From a virus (taxonomy: Duplodnaviria > Heunggongvirae > Uroviricota > Caudoviricetes): a stretch of 64,000 nucleotides of DNA. The translations under genes were made by a program, and so were the position numbers. A model generated the notes under the pieces. The model was not told the origin of the DNA, ran no database searches, and worked only from the letters and a program-made list of their open reading frames with translations. The stretch lies in the IMG/VR virus record IMGVR_UViG_3300018430_000002. One strand, given 5' to 3'. Shown one piece after another: positions 54,205 through 62,949 of the stretch (position 1 is the first letter of the stretch; each line of letters begins with the position of its first letter).

Positions 54205-54772
54205 TTTTGTAAAAATGACTTATGGCGAAGCTCGTCATGAAGTATTAAAAGAATTAGATAATAGAGGTCCAATTGGTAGTTTTTTATTATCTCGCCATCC
54301 AGACTTGACAAATATAATTGAATATGTTTGTCGTTATTTAGAAAAAGCAATGACTCCTGATAGTGATCCTAAAGATTTAGGAAATTTTCCGAGTAATATT
54401 AAAACTAGTTTGGAATTTTTAACTTTAAGATTTCCATCTTATTTAATTTTATATTCAGAACATGATTGGAATTGCTTTTGCAGCGCATTATTCTTATTGT
54501 TAGATAATTTTTTAAATGCTGGTGAAACTTTCATTAATTCTGTTGCCGAAGATGATTGGTCTAAAGAAGAAAAAAAATATATCAATCGTATTCGAGAATA
54601 GCTCAGTGCGATATTAAGAATTATCGATATCGGTGCTGGTTATAGTGAATTATGTAAAGCTTCTGCTTAGATTGTAGAAGAATTAAAAACTTGGTCTCAA
54701 TCTCGTCCTGCGGCGTTTAAATTATCTGAAGCATATTTAAAATCTCTTGGAATCGGAGGAACAGAGGAATGA
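54194..54772 (+). CDS. Hypothetical helical protein in the radical SAM cassette (~192 aa)
   Basis: AAGGAG RBS; overlaps the rSAM2 stop; read through TAG at 54599 to TGA at 54770 (ATGA overlap). Confidence 0.65.
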
Positions 54773-55068
54773 CTTTATATTTTAATAATGAACGTGAACA
54801 TCCTATTGAGGTTCAAAATGTATCTCGTGAATTAATTGCAGATGCTAACGGAAAATATTAGATTTTTGTACGCATTATTGTAAATGAAAGATTTAATGAC
54901 GTTATTGCTTATTGTAATTCTTATGCATCACAAGATATTGTAAGTATGGAGCTATATAATGGAGAAGAATTAACTAATCATTATACACTAAATGCTGGTA
55001 GAGTAAATTCTATTCATGAAGTTGTAGAAAGTACTTCTCAAGAAGTCACAATGATTATTGAATATTAA
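54769..55068 (+). CDS. Hypothetical protein (99 aa), similar to 50243-50581
   Basis: ATGA overlap, one TAG, TAA at 55066. MTLYFNNEREHPIEVQNVSR aligns with MKLIIQGQEQYPIKINKYHR. Confidence 0.6.
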
Positions 55069-55071
55069 TAA

Positions 55072-55099
55072 TTAGGCGATGTTTTTTAACATCGCCTAA
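55072..55099. terminator. Strong hairpin closing the radical SAM cassette
   Basis: TTAGGCGATGTT-tttt-AACATCGCCTAA 12-bp stem with flanking AATATTAAT/ATTAATATT arms. There is no clear U-tract, so its role as a terminator is uncertain. Confidence 0.5.
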
Positions 55100-55125
55100 A
55101 TTAATATTGAAAGGAGTTATTTAAT

Positions 55126-55917
55126 ATGGCTTTATTTAAACCAATGTCCGGTTTAAGCACATCACTTAATAATTAGTCTTTAAAAGAAGGTTATGCATAT
55201 TTTACTACAGATGATGCTAAATTTTATATTGATTATAAAGATGGCAGTACTTTAAAAAGAAAAGCAATTAATGCAGATTTATATGCTACTTGTGCAACTG
55301 CTGCAGCAACCGCAGCGAAAGTTGCAACATTAACAACAACTGGTAATTTTGGACTTTTCACTGGCGTACATGTTACAGTAAGATTTACTTATGCTAATAA
55401 TGTAGAGAATGCTACTTTAAATGTAAATAGTACTGGCGCAAAAGCTATTAGATATAAAAATGCTGCAATTACAAAAAATTATCTTAAAGCCAATGGTACT
55501 TATACTTTCGTTTATGATGGTTCTTATTGGCAGCTAGTGGGAGAAATTGATACTAATACTAATACTCAAATGAGAGTATATCGACAGACTTCAGGATATA
55601 ATAGTGCAGATTATCCTATTCTAGTAAGTCGAACTGCAACAACTGATATCGGTACTGCTGGCACCAATAGTTCATATTCAGGAGTATATGCAGTTATAGG
55701 ACAAAATGGTACATATACTCCAACCATTAATCCTCATACAGGATTGATAGTTGCTAAAGGTAATGTAAAATTTCCTGCTGGTGTAGGTTCAACTACAAAT
55801 CCAGTATATATTAATGCTTCTACTGGTTTAATTACTGCTACTGGATTAGACTTATCTCCAATTACTGATGCAATGATTTATGAAATTACTGGTTATACTG
55901 CTGCCGATTTAGCATAA
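55126..55917 (+). CDS. Tail fibre-related protein (~263 aa)
   Basis: ATG after AAGGAG; one early TAG. GYAYFTTDDAKFYID N-motif; YATCATAAATAAKVA..ATLNVNSTGAKAI..YTFVYDGSYWQL fibre domain. Confidence 0.7.
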
Positions 55918-55934
55918 TAAGGAGGTAATTATAA

Positions 55935-56060
55935 ATGTCTATCTTTAAAAAGAAAAAAATTGATGAAGAATTAGAATTTGAAACTGCTGATACAACAGAA
56001 AATGATGAGCAGGTTTGGATTCGAAAGGATGGAAAATTAGTTTTAGTTGAGGAGGATTAA
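55935..56060 (+). CDS. Small acidic protein (41 aa)
   Basis: ATG after AAGGAGGT; fills the gap before the endolysin. Confidence 0.5.
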   Translation: MSIFKKKKIDEELEFETADTTENDEQVWIRKDGKLVLVEED

Positions 56061-56062
56061 AA

Positions 56063-56995
56063 ATGGTTACAATTAAATTGAATACTCAAGATAAAATGGT
56101 AACTATGTTACAATACACCTTCAATACTAAAGTAAGTGGAACCGCAGATGCAGAATTTGTATCTGCGGTTAAATCTTATCAAAAAACCAAGAAACTTACT
56201 GCTGATGGTATTGTTGGTAAAAATACATATAAGGCTCTTCTTGATGATTTCCCAACTCTTAAAAAGGGTAAGAATAAAAAAAGTAATTGGAATAGAGCTT
56301 GGCAGTCATTTCTTGGAGTAAAAATTGATGGTATCTTTGGTTCTGATACCAAGAAAGCCACTAAAGATTGGCAAAAGGCTAATGGTCTTACCGTTGATGG
56401 CGTTGTAGGAGATGCCACTCTTTCTAAGGCTTTTGGCATTACCGTTTCCGTTTCCGCGCCGAGCACCTCTAACGGCACTTCTGTTGTAAATAAACAGCCT
56501 GTAAATTATAAGCAGTATGATTCTCGCTGGGGTAAAATCGTTTACACCAAGAATAATACCTATGACAAGAAACAGACTATTAGTAATTCTGGATGCGGTC
56601 CTACCGCCGCGGCAAATATTGTTGCTACTTGGTGGGATAGTTCCGTTACTCCTGCTACTCTTGCCGCTTTATCTGTAAAGCATGGCTATCGCACTTCTAA
56701 TAGTGGTACTGCTTGGGGATTCTTTAAATTTATTGCTGAAAAATATGGCGCCTCTAAATTCGTTCAGACTAGCTCATATGCTACTGCTGAAGCCGCAATT
56801 AAAGAAGGCGCTTATGTTGTATGTTCCGTTGGTCCTGGTGTTTGGACTAAAGGTGGTCACTTTATTACTTGGTGGAAAGTTGATAATACTTATGTATATA
56901 TTAATGACCCAGCAAGTGCTAGCTCTTCTCGCGCTAAATCTAAGAAGAGTAATCTAAAAAATTAGAAAAAACAATTCTTTATTTTTTATAAGTAA
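56063..56995 (+). CDS. Endolysin: two peptidoglycan-binding domains plus a C39-like cysteine peptidase (~310 aa)
   Basis: AVKSYQ..LTADGIVG and DGIFG..WQKANGLTVDGVVG are PG-binding motifs. YKQYDSRW..SGCGPT..GHFI..INDP is a C39-like pattern. Single TAG at 56963, then TAA at 56993. Confidence 0.8.
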
Positions 56996-57007
56996 GGAGA
57001 GAGTCAA

Positions 57008-57376
57008 ATGGATCCAAAATTAGAAAAAAGAACGCTTAATAAAATATATTCTTTATTAGGTGGAGTAGATAAAAAATGGTCTTTTTCAAAGATTATGTTT
57101 TTATTAATCTTTCTTCTAAGTGTTGGTATCGCTGTCTACTCTTGTATTACTATGTGGATATTCCAAGATTTGTCAATGTTGGAATGGTTAATTCCCGCAG
57201 TTTTTGCCGAATGTGCTGTTGTGTCAGGCTTTTATTCATATAAAGCTAAAACAGAAAACCAATTAAAAATTCAAACACAACAAATGCTCATTCGGCATTT
57301 TTTGTCTGAATAGGGAGTAGATACAGAAGATGCCTATCCTTAGGAAGTAAATTATGAATCGGAGGAAGAAGAATAA
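57008..57376 (+). CDS. Two-TM membrane protein, holin-like (~122 aa)
   Basis: Two hydrophobic helices, FSKI and FYSYKAKTEN motifs, adjacent to the endolysin; acidic tail after TAG readthrough. Confidence 0.6.
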
Positions 57377-57777
57377 TGGATTGGATTCAGGTTTTACAAG
57401 AAGTTTTTAATTTAGTTTTGATTCCTCTCTTGGGTATTGTGGCTAAGTATTTTATTCAATTTGTGTCAATTAAAATTGAAGAAATTAAAGCTAAACAAAC
57501 CAATGAAGAGGCTATTAAATATCTCGAATAGATTGATAAGGCTGTAACAAATTGTGTTATTGCTACCAATCAAACTTATGTAGAGTCAATGAAAAATAAG
57601 AATGCTTTTGATGGAGAAGCTCAGAAGGTAGCTTTCCAAATGACTTATGATGCACTTATGGCTACATTAACTGCTGAAGCTAAGAATTTCTTGGTTATGG
57701 CCTATGGCGATATAGAAGTTTATCTTCGTACGCTCATTGAGGCAAAAGTTAATACCAATAAAATTGTGCAATCTTAA
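57376..57777 (+). CDS. Holin (LL-H-like, ~133 aa)
   Basis: TAATG overlap; one N-terminal TM helix; AVTNCVIATNQTYVESMK and YLRTLIEAKV motifs; one TAG. Confidence 0.65.
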
Positions 57778-57786
57778 CAAAAAATC

Positions 57787-57830
57787 GGCGATTGTTTTGT
57801 GCAAACAGTACAATCGCCCTTTTTTTATTT
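57787..57830 (+). terminator. Intrinsic terminator after lysis genes
   Basis: GGCGATTGT...ACAATCGCC followed by a T-run. Confidence 0.75.
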
Positions 57831-57942
57831 TACAGAAAATTAAAGGACTTTGACTGTAAATTTTTTGTTAAGAAAAATCAATATATAATGAAAGGGCAGG
57901 GGACAAACCCAAAACGAAGTCCTTTTAGAAAAGAGGGGCGAA

Positions 57943-58308
57943 ATGCAATATCCTAATTATCCAAATTACTATTAGACCCAATAGCAATCGACTCCCCGTT
58001 ATATTGGTTTAAAGGGGAGACCCGTAGCCTCACTTGATGAAGTGAGAGGAACCACAATTGATTTTGATGGTTCAGTATTTTTCTTTCCGGACTTGGCAAA
58101 TAAACGAATTTACACTAAACAAATTAACATGGATGGCACAGCAAGTCTAAATGTTTACGAATTAAAAAATATGCCAATTGAAACATCTAATAATTATGTG
58201 ACAAGAGAAGAGTTCGAAATGGCATTAGGGCAAATATAGAGTCTATTGAATACGACCCCGACGGCAAATCCTGAAAAGAGTTCTCACTCTATTTCCGCTC
58301 AATTTTAA
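57943..58308 (+). CDS. Hypothetical protein, cassette gene 1 (~121 aa)
   Basis: GAGGGG RBS; Gln/Tyr/Pro-rich start containing TAGs; GRPVASLDEV..FFPDLANKRIYTKQINMDG..YVTREEF. Confidence 0.7.
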
Positions 58309-58324
58309 GGAGGAATGAAGACAA

Positions 58325-58558
58325 ATGAATAGACAAATACAAGGTATAGTACAATAGATAAGAAGAGGTCAAAATCCATAGCAAGTAATGTTAAATATGC
58401 TATCTCGGCAAACTTCACCAATGAGCGCTAATTTATATAATTTAATACAATAGGGCAGAACAGGAGAAATAGAACAAATCGCCCGAAATATTATGAAACA
58501 GTAGGGCAAAGATTTCGATACGGAATTTAAAGCTTTTAGAGATTCTCTTGGGCTTTAA
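58325..58558 (+). CDS. Small Gln/Met-rich hypothetical protein, cassette gene 2 (77 aa)
   Basis: Only visible with TAG=Gln (four TAGs): GQNPQQVMLNML..GEIEQIARNIMKQQGKDF. Confidence 0.65.
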
Positions 58559-58600
58559 ATAAATAAATTTCAAAGGTCTAATTTAAGGAGGAATTGTCTA

Positions 58601-59392
58601 ATGTTTAATCAAAGCAACGGATACTCTTTGGCCGATATTGCGGCCGCAACTACTGGCACAAATGGCAACGGTGGCTTCGGCAACTGGGGCGATGGCTGGT
58701 GGATTATTCTTTTGTTCCTATTCGCTAATGGAAATGGTGGATGGGGTGGAAATGGAACCCAAAGCGAAATATCTTATGGCTTTGACATGAACGGTTTAGA
58801 GAATGGCATCCGCGGCATTCAGAACGGCCTATGTGATGGCTTCTATGCTATGAATACTGGTATGTTAAATTCAACCGCTCAGCTACAAAGCACAATGGCC
58901 CAGGGATTTGGCGGTATTAATACTGCTATCGCTGGACTCGACGCAAATTCACAGAGAAGCTTCTACGAAGGTACAATCGCAGATATGCAAAATCACAATA
59001 GTCTTATGGCTCAGCTTACTAATATGCAGGCAGATTCTGCCGCATGTTGCTGCGAGACCCAGAGAACACTTGAAAGAAATTTTGCTGATTTGAGTTATCG
59101 TTTAGCGACTCAAGATTGTGCTACCCGACAGGTGATTAGTGATTCTACTAGAGACATTATTGATAATCAGAATGCTGGTGTTCGCTCTATCCTTGAATTC
59201 TTAACTTAGGATAAGATTGCCGCACTTCAGGCTGAAAATCAGACTCTCAAGTTTGCCGCATCACAGTCTAACCAGAATGCCTTCTTACTTAGTCAGTTGG
59301 CTCCAAAAGCAATTCCGGCATATTTGGCACCTAATCCATACACTGGAACTTGCTACTCTTTTGGATACAACGCCATGAATACTTGTGGATGA
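58601..59392 (+). CDS. Gly-rich membrane-anchored coiled-coil protein with CCC motif, cassette gene 3 (~263 aa)
   Basis: AGGAGG RBS; YSLADIAAAT, GDGWWIILLFLF, NGLCDGFYA, ACCCETQR, FLTQDKI (Q is TAG); TGA at 59390. Confidence 0.75.
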
Positions 59393-59413
59393 TAAATAAA
59401 GGAGGTCGCATAT

Positions 59414-59833
59414 ATGGAAATAACTGCTAATGCTTTACAAACTGTCTTAGAGGATCAAAATGTGCTATTCACTGAAACTCCTGTTTCGGGGAATTGTTCC
59501 ATAATGCATCGTGACGGTAGCGGCCTAACCGCATTGCGCGGAATGACTCAATAGTGTAGAGCCCGTTATAAAGTTACCTTTGGAGGCAACATTGCTCTAC
59601 CTGCCGACGGTGCCGCAGGACCAATTAGTCTTGCTATTGCTCTCAATGGAGAGCCCGTCAATACAACTTTAATGACCGTAACGCCTACTGCTACTGAAGC
59701 ATTTTTTAATGTCTTCAGTGCCATTTTTGTAGATGTTCCTGCTGGTTGTTGCGCTTAGTTAAGTGTCAAAAATACTTCTGGCGTCACCATTGAAGTCCAA
59801 AATGCTAATTTAATTGTAGAAAGGGTGGCGTGA
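59414..59833 (+). CDS. Beta-sandwich protein resembling a BclA C-terminal/C1q-like fold, cassette gene 4 (~139 aa)
   Basis: GGAGG RBS; two TAGs; RYKVTFGGNI..ISLAIALNGEP..GCCAQLSVKNTS..NANLIVERVA. The fold assignment is an inference. Confidence 0.6.
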
Positions 59834-59834
59834 T

Positions 59835-60473
59835 ATGAAATAGCTAAAAATGATTAAAGGCTGTCTTGAAAGTGCGGTTGCCGCACAAGCTACAGACTTG
59901 TCTAACGTAAATGCGCAGGAACTTGGCTTAGTAGTCGATATGATTAAAGATTTATCTGAAGCAATTTATTATTGTAAGAAAATCGAACATATGGACGAAG
60001 AGGAAGAATTATTAGAAAAAATGGCTAAACAGGGTGGGGAAACTTATCAGCGAGATATGGACCGGCAGCAAAAGAGGATGTATTACACTGAGCCTGGAAT
60101 GGTTCATGGTCATAATCCTTGGAATCGCCAAGAACCTCATTGGGAAGACCGTATGTATTATGATGGAGGCCGTTCGAGTGGCGGCAACACTAATAATGGG
60201 AGTAATACTGGTTCTTCGAATGGAGGGAGTCGAAATTACACAGAGCCAATGATGAGAGACGATAGAGAAGGACGTAGCGGCTCTCAGCGCCGGACCTATA
60301 TGGAGTCTAAACAAGGACATCACGATAAAGCAATTACAATGTAGAAATTAGAGTTATACGCTCAAGATTTAGTAACGGATGTTCTTGAAATGCTTTAGGA
60401 TGCGACTCCAGAAGAAAAGTCTTTGTTACATAAAAAATTAGTTGCTTTATCTGAGAAAGTGAAGACTTTATAA
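59835..60473 (+). CDS. Hypothetical protein, cassette gene 5 (~212 aa)
   Basis: MKQLKMIK (Q is TAG); ELGLVVDMIKDLSEAIYYC; RMYY repeats; EGRSGSQRRTYMESK; TAATG overlap with the next gene. Confidence 0.7.
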
Positions 60474-60787
60474 TGTTGATAAATGGGGAGGAATGGCAAA
60501 TTGAATTTGTTCCACCCGACCATTACATGCTTTATACAAGTGCAGGTAATTATACTCTAGGTGTTTGTGATGATAGATTAAAAACTATATATATAAATAA
60601 TAAATTATCACGACAAAAATTACGCAAAGTACTTTGCCACGAAATTACTCACGCGGCAATGTTTAGTTACAATGTAGAAATGTCCCTCGCATAGGAGGAA
60701 TTGGTTGCAGACCTAATCGCTACCTTTGGCAGGGAGATTGTATCTCAAACAAATAAGGTGCTAAGAGATCTAATAATAGTTGAGTAA
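60473..60787 (+). CDS. Small zincin-like metallopeptidase (HExxH), cassette gene 6 (~104 aa)
   Basis: LGVCD..TIYIN..VLCHEITHA followed by QEE (Q is TAG); ImmA/IrrE-like layout. Confidence 0.7.
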
Positions 60788-60834
60788 AAAAAAATAAGGG
60801 GAGACCAGAATATTCTGGTCTCCCCATTTTTTTT
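60787..60834. terminator. Bidirectional terminator between convergent transcription units
   Basis: Perfect 28-bp palindrome GGGGAGACCAGAATATTCTGGTCTCCCC (60798-60825), A-run on the left, T-run on the right. Confidence 0.85.
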
Positions 60835-60836
60835 AT

Positions 60837-61325
60837 TTATTCATGATGTTCTTCATGCTCAAGTTCAGCTTGAGTCTTAATAGGTAACTCACGAATCTTT
60901 ACAATCCACGAGTCTACGTGCCCGTTACCGCCCAAATCTTTGTAAGTTACAAACCGTTCATTGTAATCGGCAAGTTGTTCAGGCGTTATATAATGTTGTT
61001 TTAGGTAATTTTTACCATCAACAATTAATTCTCGCAGATGACTTGATAAAATAGCTTTGCGAATGCCGTGAGTATTTTCTTCAATTTTATTCAAAACGTT
61101 ATCCTGTAAATAATCTATTTTCTTTTCAAGCTTGTCTTCTTTTGCTTGCATATTTTGGATAACTTTACTTTCTGCGAGGTGTGCATCCCACTCCTCTTGG
61201 TCTTGAACTTTTTTTCCTGATTTAAAAGTTTTTACAAGAGGGGTTACTAATAGAGAAAAGGCTCCCGCGCAACAAAATGGGACAGCCCATTTTATTACAT
61301 ATTCTAAGATATTCAATTCCTCCAT
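60837..61325 (-). CDS. Membrane-anchored phage protein, holin-like (YKxLGGNG motif)
   Basis: N-terminal TM helix, coiled coil, YKDLGGNGHVD..IRELPI; AGGGGAG RBS. Start at ATG 61325 or TTG 61328. Confidence 0.6.
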   Translation of the reverse strand: MEELNILEYVIKWAVPFCCAGAFSLLVTPLVKTFKSGKKVQDQEEWDAHLAESKVIQNMQAKEDKLEKKIDYLQDNVLNKIEENTHGIRKAILSSHLRELIVDGKNYLKQHYITPEQLADYNERFVTYKDLGGNGHVDSWIVKIRELPIKTQAELEHEEHHE

Positions 61326-61391
61326 CAAAAGTCATCTCCCCTTTCTATATATAAGAAAATAGGGGGAAGATGATGACCCTGAGTTGGCCTC

Positions 61392-61904
61392 TTAATCCCA
61401 TTCGATGGCATTATTTTGTTGAATTACCTCACTATATCCAATACAAATAGCATCTGCTTCATCCTAAATACATTTAACGCCATAAGTATCAAGCACCCAT
61501 TGCTAAGCAACTTTCTTTTGATTTTCTCTATGCTTGTCGTTGCCGGCGAGGAATTTACAATTTTTACGCCATTCACTTGGATATACTAATTTATATGGAA
61601 CTTGCTTTTGAATACAAACTCTCATAATAGCACCTTGAACTTGTGCTAGTTTCTAAAAGGTTTGAACATTGCCTTCTCGGTTGCCGATTTGCTGTAGCTA
61701 AATATTTTCAATAAGGACGATGTCTGGCTCGTCATCATCTATTTTGTTCTCAATTTCCTAACAAAGGTTATTGATACGAATAGCTACGTCGTCAGCCGTG
61801 TGCGACCAATGCCCAAAAGATTTTAATTCTCCATTCTCAAAAAAAGACCAGCCACTCACACGAGTGGACTGGTCTAATGCTAAAATTTTATTTTTCTTAT
61901 TCAC
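61392..61904 (-). CDS. ruvC: RuvC-like Holliday junction resolvase (170 aa, TAG=Gln)
   Basis: Missing from the ORF track. With readthrough: KILALDQSTRVSGW, IVLIENIQ, KLAQVQGAI, VYPSEWRK, QDEADAICIG, i.e. the RuvC acidic motifs. Confidence 0.8.
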
Positions 61905-62481
61905 TTGTCGAACCAAATCCGCCATCGCGTTCAGCAGTTACTTCTGCTTCATCGGCGCAGACTCCATACGGAAGGAGGATACCCTGACCGAAACATTCGC
62001 CTCGTTGGATTTTGATTGGGAATGGAGCCAGATTAATAATCTGGAAATAAATATGACCCTCATTATCGGGATTGTTATAATAATCAGCATCAATGATGCC
62101 TACGCCATTGCCAAGAATAAGCCAGTGCTTCAACGGCAATGAGCTACGGACACTTAACTGAAGATAATGTCCGTTGGGAATTTTGCACTTAATGCCAGTC
62201 GGCACAAGATTTACCTTACAATTACCATACTTAAAAACCGCAGCCGCATCAGCAAGAGAAAGCGGCAAGGCTTCATCATAAGCTTCAAGACTATCATAAC
62301 AACGAGTAATTCCTCTTGCTACATTATCCTGCCATTCGTCCCCATTGTAAGGATAAATTACTACGTCTTCAGCGGCACAAAAGTCATAACCAGCAGATTC
62401 CTTAGTCTTACGAGTAGGAATTATAATAGTAGGATCTTCAGCATACTTGCTGATTTTCTCAAATTTAGCATTAATATTCAT
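61897..62481 (-). CDS. dut: dUTPase (trimeric type)
   Basis: SAGYDF, VPTG, RSS, GIIDADYY and RDGGFGST motifs. Confidence 0.92.
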   Translation of the reverse strand: MNINAKFEKISKYAEDPTIIIPTRKTKESAGYDFCAAEDVVIYPYNGDEWQDNVARGITRCYDSLEAYDEALPLSLADAAAVFKYGNCKVNLVPTGIKCKIPNGHYLQLSVRSSLPLKHWLILGNGVGIIDADYYNNPDNEGHIYFQIINLAPFPIKIQRGECFGQGILLPYGVCADEAEVTAERDGGFGSTSE

Positions 62482-62701
62482 AAATCACTCTTACCTGACT
62501 AGTAGGTTCCTTCTCTTGATTTACAATTTTCTTTACCTTAACAACCTGATATTCTTCTTCGGTTTTCTTGTTAAATTTAGTAGTATAAGAGAAACTCTGA
62601 AGCTCATATTCCATAGCCTCGTTCATTTCGTCTCGCATTGCGAGAGCTTCTTCAACAGTGTCTACACGATAAGTTTCTACAACATTCAAAAGACTCTTCA
62701 T
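62471..62701 (-). CDS. Hypothetical protein (76 aa)
   Basis: Intact ORF overlapping both neighbours in operon fashion. Confidence 0.65.
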   Translation of the reverse strand: MKSLLNVVETYRVDTVEEALAMRDEMNEAMEYELQSFSYTTKFNKKTEEEYQVVKVKKIVNQEKEPTSQVRVIYEY

Positions 62702-62949
62702 TCGGCAAGTTCCATCCTTACTTCAGTACTATAATGTAAATTAGAGGTTAGGTAATTATTAAGAATATCGGCTAAACCAATACCCATTTCAGTAGTTTTA
62801 ATACAGGTAATATTGTGTGCCATTACAATAGTGGCGAGTTCTCTAATCTATTCTTCGGCAGTTTCTCCTGTAAGAGTATAATAAGTCTCCTCTGGAATAA
62901 ATACAGAAGAATGACGAGTAAACTAATTATTCATCCAAAATGCTGTCAT
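62698..62949 (-). CDS. Hypothetical protein (83 aa, TAG=Gln)
   Basis: ATGA overlaps at both ends; two TAGs read through; fills the gap exactly. Confidence 0.6.

Noticed and set aside
21408..55917. Diversity-generating retroelement acting on fibre genes
   Set aside because: No reverse transcriptase and no template/variable repeat pair differing at adenines was seen in this window; one elsewhere in the genome cannot be excluded.
57842..57925. Structured RNA or riboswitch from the AAAGGACTT/AAGTCCTTT inverted repeat before the six-gene cassette
   Set aside because: Only a 9-bp match in AT-rich sequence with no recognisable aptamer; insufficient support.
763..60323. Minus-strand and alternate-frame ORFs in the track (e.g. 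763-1008, 29136-29486, 33564-33938, 56179-56478, 60012-60323)
   Set aside because: They lie within long plus-strand genes, lack convincing RBS or motifs, and look like shadow ORFs.
1..60787. Mass pseudogenisation or a decayed prophage, suggested by the fragmented ORF track
   Set aside because: The breaks examined are in-frame TAG with no frameshifts, catalytic motifs are intact, and gene junctions are tightly coupled. Recoding explains this better.
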